The position numbers and the translations under genes are program-made. Under the pieces are notes generated by a model, which made no database searches, was not told the DNA's origin, and saw only the letters and a program-made list of their open reading frames with translations. From positions 24,765-88,764 of the forward strand of contig CAVVJH010000010.1 of assembly GCA_963748505.1 (NCBI GenBank): a stretch of DNA of 64,000 nt, read 5' to 3'. The stretch comes from Candidatus Dormiibacterota bacterium (GTDB taxonomy: Bacteria > Chloroflexota > Dormibacteria > Aeolococcales > Aeolococcaceae). This document shows positions 30,894 to 41,033 of the stretch, one piece after another. The first letter of the stretch is position 1; every line of letters starts with the position of its first letter.

Positions 30894-32424
30894 ATGACCG
30901 GCGCGCGTCGCGCGAGCCCTGGCAGGACTCGGATTGACGCTCTTCCTGATCTCGTTCGCGGGTGCCAATCCGCCCGGCGCCATCTCCGATGAGCCGGACC
31001 AGTACATCAAGGCGATCGCCGCCGGACATCTCGACCTCACCGGGGCGAAGGTCACCATCGCACAGGCGCGAGCCATGGACTACTGGCTGCCCTCGGTGAA
31101 CGCGATCCTGACCCGGGTTCCCGCCTTCGCCGCGCTGGCGCGCTCGTACACGATCCCATCGGCGCTCGACCCCCGGTATCTCGGGTGCACCGTGGAAGGG
31201 GCGCTCGCGACCTGCCTCAACCGCGTGCGGCCAGCTGCGACGGCGCCGACCGAAACGCTGGTCAGCTCGGTGGGGACCTATCAGCCTTTCATCTTCGTGC
31301 CCGCCGGCCTCGCGATGCGTCTCGCCACCACGACCACCGCAGCCTTGCTGCTCGGGCGGTTCACCTTCACGTTGCTCGCCGCGCTGCTGCTGCTCGGTGC
31401 GCTGCTCGTGGCAGTCCGCGCACGACCCGGCCCGGTCTCGATCGTGGCGATCGCACTCGCCGTCGCACCGACGTCGGTGCTGGTGATGTCGTCGATCAGC
31501 ACCAGCGGGGCGGAGACGGCAGCCGGCATCGCCTGGTGGGTGGCGCTGCTCGCCGCCTCCGAACCCACGGCGCCGCGCGCGGCATGGTGGCTCGCCATCG
31601 CGTCCGGCCTCGTGCTCGCGGTGGCTCGAACCACCGGTCCCGTCTGGCTGGTGTTGATCGCGCTGGTGGTGCTCATCTATCGCGGACGGCACGCGGCGTG
31701 GCAGGCATTTCGAGCCGGCGGCCGCCTGGCGGTTGCCGCGGTCGCAACCTGCGTCGCCGCCGGAGCGGTGACCTTCGTCTGGCAGCTCGCCGTGCAACCG
31801 GCATCCCTCGAATCGACCGTGGCGACGCTCGGTCGCGCGAGCCCTTCGGGGATCGGGGTCATCCTCGAGCGCGCGATCGCGACGATCGGATGGGGAGAGG
31901 TGGTTGGACCGCAAGCCCTCACCGACGCCTGGGCGCTGATGATCGCTGCAGTGGTTGCCCTCGGGGTGGCCTCAGCGCTGTCGCGACACGCGCTGCGAGA
32001 GATCGCGGCGCTGATCTCGCTCTGCGCCATAGCCGTGCTGGCGATCGCAGCATTTCTCGGCCTGGGCAGCCACGCGGGGCTCACCCAGGGGCGCTGGTTC
32101 CTCGCGCTGCTGGCAGGCATTCCCATCCTGGCGGGGTGGATGGCCGCGACCGCGCCCTCGAGCGCTCGGGTCGAGCAGCTGGCCGGCCGTGCGGTCCCGG
32201 TGCTGACGGTCGGCGTGGTTGCCTGTCTCGGGGCGTACTGGTGGCTCAGCGAGTACCACTACGCCGTCCGCGGCGGGTCGCTGTGGTTCCTCGGACAGAG
32301 CCGCTGGCAGCCGGCGCTGGGTTGGGCTCCCTGGATCGTGTGCGGGGCCCTCGGGTTGGTTGCCGTCCTCGTCGCCGGAGCATGGCCCGGCGGTCGCACG
32401 GCTCGGCTCAGCGCGCCGGCGTAG
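30894..32424 (+). CDS. DUF2142-like membrane protein (GT-C-like); start uncertain
   Basis: P.GAISDEP..YIKA; YQP...PAG; QGRWFL; many TM helices. Confidence 0.7.
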
Positions 32425-33154
32425 GCTCCTGATTCGCCGGGAGCGAGCTCACCGCCACGGCGGCCAGTCGATGCGCCACCCCGAGAGCGCGATCGGCGTG
32501 GGGGAGGTGCTCCAGATCGACGCTGGCGACCGCCGCGACCCCGTCCCGCGCTCCCACCAAAGCCCCGGCGAGGCTGGCCGCGACCGCCGTGCCGCTGGCG
32601 GCGGCTGCGAGCACGTCGTCGAATGGGTTGGGCGTGGCGAGGGCGCCAATGGCGCGCTGGAGCGTGAGGCCGGGGTCGGGATCGGAGACGTCGAGCGGCG
32701 GGCCGCCCTCCACCACGCGAAGCCGCTCGAGCAGGGCCATGGGCGCATCCTCGAGCAGCGACTGCCGGACCCGGACCAGGGCGGTTTCGAGATCGAAGCG
32801 CAGCAGGTCGGCGATCAGCAGCGCCGCGGCGACCGCCGTGACGGCGGTGCCCTCATCGGCCCCGGCCATGGCGACGCACCGGTAGGCGTCGCGACGGAGC
32901 CGTGGCCGGTCGAGCGGGCTGAGCAGGCCGAACGGAAGCGCGCGGAGCAGCAGCCCCGCGGCGCCCGCCCGCGACGGCAGCATCAATCCGCGCTGGCGAA
33001 GGTCGGCGTCGTCGAAACAGCCACAGGCCGCCGCTGACTCGGCAACGCCCACGAGGTCGGCGGTACCGGCGGCGGTCCCGGCGGCATGCTCGCCGGCCAG
33101 CGCCCCGATGAAGCTCGCCTCGATCCGCTCGGGCAGATCGTCTATCAGCGTCAC
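32408..33154 (-). CDS. ADP-ribosylglycohydrolase-fold protein, degenerate
   Basis: ERIEASFIGALAG; GA.GLLLRALP.GL; AASLAGALVGARDG match the ARH scaffold. Confidence 0.55.
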   Translation of the reverse strand: MTLIDDLPERIEASFIGALAGEHAAGTAAGTADLVGVAESAAACGCFDDADLRQRGLMLPSRAGAAGLLLRALPFGLLSPLDRPRLRRDAYRCVAMAGADEGTAVTAVAAALLIADLLRFDLETALVRVRQSLLEDAPMALLERLRVVEGGPPLDVSDPDPGLTLQRAIGALATPNPFDDVLAAAASGTAVAASLAGALVGARDGVAAVASVDLEHLPHADRALGVAHRLAAVAVSSLPANQEPTPAR

Positions 33155-33179
33155 CCGCAGAACGCTATCCTTTCGTCCC

Positions 33180-33566
33180 ATGCCGACGTCGGAGCGCGCA
33201 GTCGCCGTCGTCCGAGCGATCGCCAACAGCAGCGCGCTGCGAGCGGCACCTGGACTACTCGAGCAAGGCCACTGGCGTGGCCCTCGCCCGGCGGCGGTTC
33301 GCATCGAGCGGAGCCGCGTGCATGGTGACGACGGTGTGGTCGCCGATCAGACCGCCCTCACGATGTGGTTCGGCGAAGGCCCGGGGCTGTCAGGGATTTC
33401 GGTGCGCGGACGTGCGACCCGGGTGGCCGTCCGCACTCTGGCGGGCGTCGCCGCAGCGGTGGCCATCGGCGCGGCAAGCGCGATCGTGGCTCGCCAGGAG
33501 GCCGCTCGCCTCAGTCCGCGGCCTCGTGTCCTACTCGGCGAGCCAGGGCAGGACCACCGGTCCTGA
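33180..33566 (+). CDS. Hypothetical protein with a C-terminal hydrophobic helix
   Basis: Fills the gap between flanking genes; ATG at 33180 is in the frame of ORF 33108..33566. Confidence 0.5.
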   Translation: MPTSERAVAVVRAIANSSALRAAPGLLEQGHWRGPRPAAVRIERSRVHGDDGVVADQTALTMWFGEGPGLSGISVRGRATRVAVRTLAGVAAAVAIGAASAIVARQEAARLSPRPRVLLGEPGQDHRS

Positions 33567-34361
33567 GGTCCGCAGGCGGCGCGACATGGCGCGCAGTCCA
33601 CGTCCATCGGTCACGAACAGTGCTCTCGAACAGGGATTCATCGCCTCGCGAAACTCCTTGAGCACGCGGCGCTCGAATCGTTCCGCCGACGGCAGCGACG
33701 CCGGCAGCGCCAGCAACACACCGCGATCGGGGACGCCGAGGAGCACGTCGCCGTCCGCTCGCCTCGCAAACGCCTCCAGCACCGCCGGAGCCATCAGCAC
33801 GCTGCTCTGAAAGAGCGGATCGGACGCAACCCGCCACCCATCGGCGGGAATCCTGTCCGTCTTCCCGATGCGCGCAACCAGCGTCTCGAAACGAGCTGCG
33901 GTGTTGACTGTCGCCGCCGCCTGGACGTCCTCGTCGCGCAGTCCGATCGACGTCCATTCGTCGCGCGGCACGCCGCGCATGATCGATCCCGGGAGCTCCT
34001 CGGCCGCAAATGCGGAGAGGTCGCCGGCGACATGCGTACGGAGCAGATCACCGGCACGTCCATGCCGATCCACAAAGCGCTCGTTGCGGACGCACCAGAG
34101 CAGGCGCGCCGTCGACAGCGCCATCGCAGGCTGGGGAGTCAGCTGATGCTCCACCGATGCGACGTACTCGCCGATCAATGCGGGCATCCGCTCCGGGTCA
34201 CGCTCACACGCATGAAAGAGCGGAGCGAGTGGCAGCGTGATGTCCAGACCTGATCCGGTGACGTGCAGCGCGAACCGAGGGCCATCCACCTCCACATGTG
34301 CACCTGTGTATCGGGCCGTCAGCTGCAGACGGATGCGCTCCGCGAAGGCCCCCCGATCCAT
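33531..34361 (-). CDS. Hypothetical protein (DUF1444-like)
   Basis: W..IGL...V..AA..N; LLGVPDRGVLLA; translationally coupled to the upstream gene. Confidence 0.6.
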   Translation of the reverse strand: MDRGAFAERIRLQLTARYTGAHVEVDGPRFALHVTGSGLDITLPLAPLFHACERDPERMPALIGEYVASVEHQLTPQPAMALSTARLLWCVRNERFVDRHGRAGDLLRTHVAGDLSAFAAEELPGSIMRGVPRDEWTSIGLRDEDVQAAATVNTAARFETLVARIGKTDRIPADGWRVASDPLFQSSVLMAPAVLEAFARRADGDVLLGVPDRGVLLALPASLPSAERFERRVLKEFREAMNPCSRALFVTDGRGLRAMSRRLRTSGPVVLPWLAE

Positions 34362-34364
34362 CGG

Positions 34365-35099
34365 CTACTGCGTCGCAGCCACAAGGCGCGCTCGCAGCAA
34401 CTCGACCTTGGTCTCGTCGCCGCTGACGCTGACCGCCTCGATGCCGGTTCGCCCCCAGAGATACAGGAACACGTCCGCTGGTTCGCCGGTGAGCACCGCA
34501 TCCGCACCAGGTTGCTCGCCTGCTGCGACCTCCGTCGTCGCATCGCTGAGCAGCACCGACCATGACGAACCGGCCGCGATGACATGCACACTTCCCGCAC
34601 CGGGAGCTTCGGCCGCAGCCTCAGCTTCGTCGTCGAGCATGACCGTGAGGATTTCGTCAATGCCGTCGACGGCGAGCTGCTCGTCGATGGCGCTGCGCGC
34701 TCCGAACGGTGTCTCGACATCGACGCGATGCACGACCGTTTCCAAAGCCATACGACGGAACCAGAATCCAACAGTCTGATCGGGCGGCCACCACGTCCAT
34801 GCCGCTTCCGTGGGGTCATGTGCCTCGAGCTCGGCAAGCAGCTTGGCATGCTCATTGCGAAACCACTCGACGGTGTCCTGGCCATAGGGTTCATCGGTGA
34901 GCCATTCGCCGTCGACGGGTTGCCGCCCCAGACGAAGGGTCATCACCTTGTGGTCGTACACCATCGCGAGATGCGCCACCACCTCGCGCACGTCCCAGGG
35001 TGCGCATGCCGGCACCAGAAGGTCGAGCCCGCGAGGAGCAAGGTCGGCGACGATGTCACCGTCCTGCGTGATGTGCTGGAGATACCGCCGGGGCTCCAC
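34365..35099 (-). CDS. Maleylpyruvate isomerase (MDMPI/DinB-like) family protein
   Basis: VPACAPWDVREVVAHL; FWFRRMALETVVHRVD; LAVDGIDE; LYLWGR. Confidence 0.88.
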   Translation of the reverse strand: MEPRRYLQHITQDGDIVADLAPRGLDLLVPACAPWDVREVVAHLAMVYDHKVMTLRLGRQPVDGEWLTDEPYGQDTVEWFRNEHAKLLAELEAHDPTEAAWTWWPPDQTVGFWFRRMALETVVHRVDVETPFGARSAIDEQLAVDGIDEILTVMLDDEAEAAAEAPGAGSVHVIAAGSSWSVLLSDATTEVAAGEQPGADAVLTGEPADVFLYLWGRTGIEAVSVSGDETKVELLRARLVAATQ

Positions 35100-35102
35100 T
35101 GC

Positions 35103-37271
35103 CTATGCCGCTCCTCGCTTCGAGCTCACGTAGTCGACGAGCACGTAATCGCCCAGGCGATCGGGGCTGATGAAGAAGGCGCGACCGCGATTCAACCGGG
35201 TCATCTGATTGACGAACTGCACCAGGTGGTGGTTCGACTCCAGCATGAAGGTGTTGATGACGATGTTCTCCCGCGTGCATCGCTTCACCTCGAGCAATGT
35301 CTTGTGAAACGTCTCCGGCAGCGGCGGATAGAAGAACACCGGACGCCCATTCTCGATGTGTGCCGTCGGCTCCCCATCACTCACGATGATGATCTGCTTG
35401 TTCTCCCCCGGATCCCGTGCCAGCAACCGCCGGGCCAGCATCAACCCGTGCTGCATATTGGTGCCGTACACATACTCATTCACGGAAAGATGGGGCAATG
35501 CCGCCGGCTTGATCTCCCGTGCCAGATCCGAGAAACCGATGATGTGCAACGTATCTCGAGGATATGCACTGCGAATCAACGAGTCCAAAGCGAGTGCCAC
35601 TTTCTTCGCAGCATAAAAATATCCCCGAAGTGGCATCGACCAACTCATATCGAGCATAAGAACGGTCGCCGACCGCGTCAAAGTATCCGAGCGATGAACA
35701 ACAAAATCGTCAGGCGAAAGGCGAGGAACAGAACGCCGCGGACGAGACGATGCCAAGGCCGATGGGGACCCCGGCGGAGACGCCGTAGCCAGGGGAGGCG
35801 CCGGAGCCGGGGTCCCCTCGGCCGCAAGTCACGCGACTGAGTCAGCGTCGACGCGTACCTCGCTCTGGAGCGCAGCTTCGCGGCGCACAGCATTCATGAG
35901 CGTCTCGCGAACGTCCAGATCGAAGACGTCGCCGAATTCGTAAGGCTTGGTGTCCTCTTCGCGCTCGCCACCCTGCCCGTGACGAGAGACCGGGTGGTCG
36001 CCGAATCGGTCGCGGCGCAGTCGGGCGAAGAGGTCGCCGAGCGCCTTCTGACCGATGCGTCGCAGACCCCTGGCGGTGAGCTTCATGCCTTCGTCGTCGC
36101 GTTCGACGAGACCTCGCTGCTCCAGTTGATCGGTCATACGTTGCAGGCGTGACAGGTCGCGCGCCGCGTTCTCGCCAAGCACATCGCGCAACGCCTCCTC
36201 CGTCGGCGCATCGAGCGGCTCACCGCGATACATCCCGCGCAGCCCGCGTTCCAGCGCTTCGATGGATTGCAGGCGATCCATGACGCCCATCGCCTCGTCG
36301 AAAGGCAGTTGCTCGTTGCCGAAGAAACCATATCGCTGCCCCAGATGGCGGCGGTCGGAGAGCAATTCGAGGCCACCCATCAGCTCAGAGAGCTGCGCCT
36401 GCAGCTCCGGGTCGCCGAAGGTTGCGGAGATCATCTCCTCGAGCTGATGACGCATCTCCGGCGAGAGCGACTGCATCAGCGAGTCCATGCGGGCCATCTG
36501 TGCCGCGAGCTGCGCGAGAAACGCATCGAAGGTTTCCGGCGCATCGGGGAACATCGATCCCCACTTCTTGAGGAAGTCCTCGTAGTTGTGCTGCAACTGC
36601 GCGTCGGGAACGCCTTCGAGCTTCTGGCGCACCAGTGAGTTCAAATCGCGGGCCATCTCGCGCAGCGCCGCGATGTCCTGCTTGGACATCTGGCCCATCT
36701 GCTCGGACATCTGCTTGAAGTACGTGTCGACGACGTTCTGCTTGATCTCCTCGAGCAGCTTTTGAAAGGCCTGCTCCGCGTCCTGGTCCATGAACTCGTA
36801 GCCCTGCAGCTCGCGGATGACGCCACCCGGCTCCTGGGGAAGGTTCTCGAGCGTGTCGCGACGCTTCTTCGCGACCCGTTCCAGGATGCGTTGCGCACGC
36901 TCGTCGGTCGCGTTGGCGAGGCGTTCGTCGATGCCTTTGCGCTCGAGCCGCAGCACGTTGTCGAGCTTTTCCTCGATGTCCTTGAAGACGTTGTCGAGGC
37001 TGTATTTTTCGAGTTGCTTCTGGCGTTGCTTGCGCAGCCGCTCCATCAACTCCTCGAGGCCCGCGAACTTCTTTCCGTCGCGATCCCGCCAGCCCTGACT
37101 GAGCAGGCGGCGCAGCGCCGTCTCGAAATCCCAGCCGTGATAGACGTCCTCGCTCAGGCGGTCGAAGAGTGCATCGGCGTCATCGCCAAGCGGATCCTGA
37201 CTCCCGTCCCACGTGCTGAAGCGATGCTGTCGCGCAATCCGCCTCAGCTCGCCGAGTGGTTCATCCGCCAT
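35103..37271 (-). CDS. VWA-domain protein (partner of the chelatase-like AAA ATPase), with an in-frame UGA at 35829-35831 and a low-complexity insertion
   Basis: RFSTWDGSQDP N-terminus; LTARGLRRIGQKAL; PYEFGD..LDV..TL.NA; MIDAS DMSWSM; YGTNMQHGL; SDGEPTAH. ORFs 35829..37412 and 35103..35756 are in the same frame. Confidence 0.88.
35757..35823. repeat. Intragenic palindromic element (18-bp stem)
   Basis: GGCCGA(T)GGGGACCCCGGC at 35757-35775 pairs with GCCGGGGTCCCCTCGGCC at 35806-35823. Confidence 0.85.
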
Positions 37272-38661
37272 AGACCGCGCTTCCGTCGAGTGCGGTCTTG
37301 TTGAGACGCTTCCCGAGGTGCAGTCCTTCCAGCACGAATTCGAGCACCGCCACGCGCATTGCGTCGGAGTCGGGCTCGCCGAGACGCTGCCGTGCGCGCT
37401 CCACGCCGGCAAGTTCCGTCAGTGCCTGTGCGTACTGCGCGATCGTGTGCTGATCTCCCACCTCGACAGTGAAGCCGCCGTGGTCGAAGCGCTGCACCAG
37501 GTCGCTGAACTCCTGCACCGTGAAATGGCGGCGGAACACGTTGTTGCACGCGGTCCGCATCAGCTTCTCCAGCACGGCGCCGTCGTCCGCGTCCTCCCAG
37601 GTCTCGAGCTCGATCTTCCCGGCCGTCGATGACGTGAGCGCGGGCAGGTCGCTGATTCGCGCCACCGCCTCGCGCTCGCCGGTGCGCAGCGCGCGGCGCA
37701 ACGCTCCCGCCGCAAGGTTTTCGTAGTTCGCAGTCGTGAGCCGGACGGAGACACCGCTGCGCTGGTTCACCTGCGGATGCCGGCGCGCGACGTGGGAGAG
37801 CTCGGCAACGATCTCCTGCATGAAGCCGGGCACGGTGACCGGGACCGGCATGTCGTCGAAGGTCATGCGCTCCTGCTCGGCAATCGCGATCTCGTCGTCG
37901 ATGGTGCGTGGATAGTGGGTGCGCACTTGCGCGCCGAAGCGGTCCTTGAGCGGCGTGATGATGCGTCCGCGGTTGGTGTAGTCCTCAGGGTTCGCGGTCG
38001 CGACCACGAACACGTCGAGGGGCATGCGCAGCCGGTAACCGCGGATCTGCACGTCGCGCTCTTCCATGATGTTGAGCAGACCGACCTGGATGCGCTCCGC
38101 CAGGTCGGGCAGCTCGTTGATCGCGAAGATCCCGCGATTGGTGCGGGGAATCAATCCGTAGTGAATCGTCAGCTCGTCGCTGAGGTAGCGGCCTTCGGCC
38201 ACGCGGATCGGGTCGACCTCGCCGATGAGGTCCGCGATCGAGGTGTCCGGGGTGGCGAGCTTCTCTGAGTAGCGCTGCTCAGGCGTGAGCCACGCCAGCT
38301 CGGTGGCGTCCCCGTGGTCGGCGACCAGGTCGCGGCACCGCCGGCAGATCGGCTCGTAGGGGTTGTCGTTGATCTCGCACCCGGCGATCGCGGGGACGGC
38401 ATCGTCGAGCAGGCTGACCAGGGACCGGGTGAGGCGTGACTTCGCCTGCCCGCGCTCGCCGAGCAGGACCATGTCCTGGCCCGCGAGGATCGCGTTCTCG
38501 ATCTGCGGGATGACCGACTCGTCGTAGCCGCGGATGCCGCTGAACAGTCCCTCGTGGTTGCTGAGCTTGCGAATCAGGTTGCGTCGAAGCTCGGTTCTGA
38601 CAGGCAGCACGCGGTATTCCGCGCGACGCAATTCGCCGATCGTGGATGGAGCCTGGGACAT
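37261..38661 (-). CDS. Mg-chelatase subunit I-like AAA+ ATPase
   Basis: LGERGQAKSR; EKLATPD..ADLIG.VDP; NRGIFAINELPDL; TANPEDYTNRGRIITPLKDRFG. Confidence 0.92.
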   Translation of the reverse strand: MSQAPSTIGELRRAEYRVLPVRTELRRNLIRKLSNHEGLFSGIRGYDESVIPQIENAILAGQDMVLLGERGQAKSRLTRSLVSLLDDAVPAIAGCEINDNPYEPICRRCRDLVADHGDATELAWLTPEQRYSEKLATPDTSIADLIGEVDPIRVAEGRYLSDELTIHYGLIPRTNRGIFAINELPDLAERIQVGLLNIMEERDVQIRGYRLRMPLDVFVVATANPEDYTNRGRIITPLKDRFGAQVRTHYPRTIDDEIAIAEQERMTFDDMPVPVTVPGFMQEIVAELSHVARRHPQVNQRSGVSVRLTTANYENLAAGALRRALRTGEREAVARISDLPALTSSTAGKIELETWEDADDGAVLEKLMRTACNNVFRRHFTVQEFSDLVQRFDHGGFTVEVGDQHTIAQYAQALTELAGVERARQRLGEPDSDAMRVAVLEFVLEGLHLGKRLNKTALDGSAVYGG

Positions 38662-38713
38662 CGCTTCCCAAGCCTACACCGGGGCGCCGACTCGGGTCCC
38701 GCGCGGCGAGAGC

Positions 38714-40184
38714 TTACGCGGTGGCGAACCGAGCCCCGGACCCGGTGAGGTCGGCATGCGCACGCCGCTCCAACGAGGCCCGTGCCGCCGCCACCAGGCG
38801 GCCCGCCAGCTCCTGCTCCTGACCGAAGTGCAGGTGGATGAACGACGCCAGCATGAGCGGGTCCGTCCAACCCTCGCAGCCCAGTGGCTCGCCGTCGCAG
38901 TCGTGCATCGAGTAGGCGGGGCTGAGACAGTCGGCTCCGGAGAGCGGCCGGCTGAAGTGAAACTCGTGACCCCGCAAGCGAGTTCCGGCCGGGCCCAGCA
39001 TCGAGTCGGTGGCGATGCTGAGGTCGCGATAGCCGCTGTGCAACGTCCCCGCTTCGAGGGCGATGTCGACCGGGATGAGCCCGGCCATCTCGTGCACGGT
39101 GCCATCGCTGGTGCGCAGTGAGCGCGCCGAATACTGCAGCCCGCACCCCTCGGCGTACACGGGCACGCCATGCAGGTGAGCGCGCCGGAACGACTCGAGG
39201 AACGGCTGATTGGCGGCGAGCCGCGGAACCAATGACTCGGTGATCCCGCCGCCGAGGTAGATGAGCCCCAGGTTGCGGGGAAGCGCTGGAGTCCTCGAGC
39301 GGCGAGAAGGTGACGATCTCCGCTCCCGCGTCCTCGAGCAGCTCGAGATTTTCCGCGTAGTAGAAGCAGAAGGCGTCGTCGAAGGCCACGCCGATGCGCA
39401 CAGGCTCCGCCGTGCGTGCCACCGACGGATGGTGATGCGACACCGGGTGCACCGGGTGAGCGCTCTCCATGAGCCGCTCGATGAGGTCGAGGTCGCAGTG
39501 CCGGATGACCGCGTCGCCCAGCTCGGCGACGGCCTCGTCGACGTGCGGATTCTGCAGCAGTGGCAGCAGTCCGGTTCGCAGCTCCGGAATGCGCACCGAG
39601 TCGAGGTGGGGGAGCGCACCCAGCACCGGCATCCTTGCCAGCGACCAGATCGCGTCCTCGATGACCCGGCGCCGGTAGTCGTTGGGCACGTTGTTGAGGA
39701 TCACGCCGATCACGCATCCCGACCGGTCGAGCTGCTTGATCCCGAGCGCCGCGGCAGCGGCGGTTTCGCCCATCGCCCATGCATCGATCACCAGCACGAC
39801 AGGTGCTCCGATGATGCGTGCGACTTCGAGCGTGCTGCCCGCGAACTGCGGCACGCGCCCAGCCGTCTCGTCGGCCATCCCGTGACCGTCGAGCACGCCC
39901 ATGGCTCCTTCCACGATCACCCGATCGGCGCCGATTGCTCCATGTGCGAATGAACGTCGAACACCTCCGGCGCCGAGGAGCCACGAGTCGAGATTCCGGC
40001 ACGGCCTGAGGCTGGCGTGTGCGAGGTATGAGGTGTCGATGAAATCAGCGCCGACCTTGAAGGTCTGCACGGTCCGGCCACGAGCTCGGAGCGCGGCGGT
40101 GAGGCCGAGGCTGATCGAGGTCTTGCCGGAACCCGAACCCAGGCCACCGACCACGAGCCGAGGAATCCCGTTCTCCTCGAGCAT
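38714..40184 (-). CDS. Cobyrinate a,c-diamide synthase-like protein (CobB/CbiA family), divergent; frameshift near 39290
   Basis: SGSGKT; FKVG.D.ID; RNLD.W; EG.MG..DG; D.AF.FYY.EN..LL; GHEFH; HLHF. Confidence 0.85.
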
Positions 40185-40409
40185 GAGCTGCCTCCGGATG
40201 AGCCTCCATACCGGTGCGGCGCACGGTGCAGCTGATCGGGGGAGGGTTGATCTCGTCGCGCGGGCCGCCGACGTTCGCCGGGCTCGCTGGCACCGAAGCT
40301 AGCACTGGCTGATGGCTGAGGCAAGTGCGAAGTTGTAACGCCAGGACCTAAGCCCTCGCGGGGTTCGCGCTACAGTCGCAGGACAGCGCTGGGATCTGGA
40401 GGTGCGACC

Positions 40410-41033
40410 GTGGCAGGCAATCAATGGCCGCTGATTCATGGGGAGCGGGTGGCGCTCATCGCCGACCTCGGGGGTCTGACCGACGAGCAGTGGTCAACTC
40501 AGTCGCTGTGCTCGGCCTGGACCGTGCGTGACGTGCTCGCACACATGACCCGCACCGCGACGATGACCCCGGGTCGCTTCATCGGCAGGCTCGCCGGCGC
40601 CGGCTTCAGCTTCACCTCCTTCAACGCCAAAGGTGTCGCCGCCGAGCAGGCCGCCAGTGGCGCCGACACGCTGGCGGCCTTCAAGGGATATCTCGACCGC
40701 ACCACGAGCCCGCCCGGGCCAATCGACGCCATGGTGGCCGAGGCGGTCATTCACGGCGAGGACATCCGCAGACCGCTCGGGATCAGGCGGACGTATCCAC
40801 CTGAGGCGCTGATGCTGGTGGGCAACTTCGTCACCAAGGGCAACCTGCTCCTTGGCGGCAAGCGGCGAGCGACCGGCTTGAAGGTGACCGCGACTGACGT
40901 CGATTGGAGCCATGGCTCTGGACCAGAGGTGAAAGGCCCGCTGGCCGCCATCATCGTCGCGCTCACCGGTCGCAAGGCCGGGCTCGCCGATCTCTCCGGC
41001 GACGGCCTGGCGACACTTTCGGGACGCGTCTAA
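40410..41033 (+). CDS. Maleylpyruvate isomerase (MDMPI) family protein
   Basis: ER..L...L..L..EQW..QSLC..WTVRDVLAH; HGEDIRRPLG; ATDVDWS.G.GPEV.GP; LTGR. Confidence 0.88.
   Translation: MAGNQWPLIHGERVALIADLGGLTDEQWSTQSLCSAWTVRDVLAHMTRTATMTPGRFIGRLAGAGFSFTSFNAKGVAAEQAASGADTLAAFKGYLDRTTSPPGPIDAMVAEAVIHGEDIRRPLGIRRTYPPEALMLVGNFVTKGNLLLGGKRRATGLKVTATDVDWSHGSGPEVKGPLAAIIVALTGRKAGLADLSGDGLATLSGRV

Noticed and set aside
28378-31914. Long shadow ORFs (e.g. 28378..30411, the 5' part of 29665..31914, 2104..3675)
   Set aside because: They are antisense or off-frame to well-supported genes and Arg/Ala/Pro-rich, as expected in high-GC DNA.
40185-40409. Cobalamin riboswitch upstream of the CobB-like gene
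   Set aside because: I could not find the conserved B12-box or core motifs on either strand.
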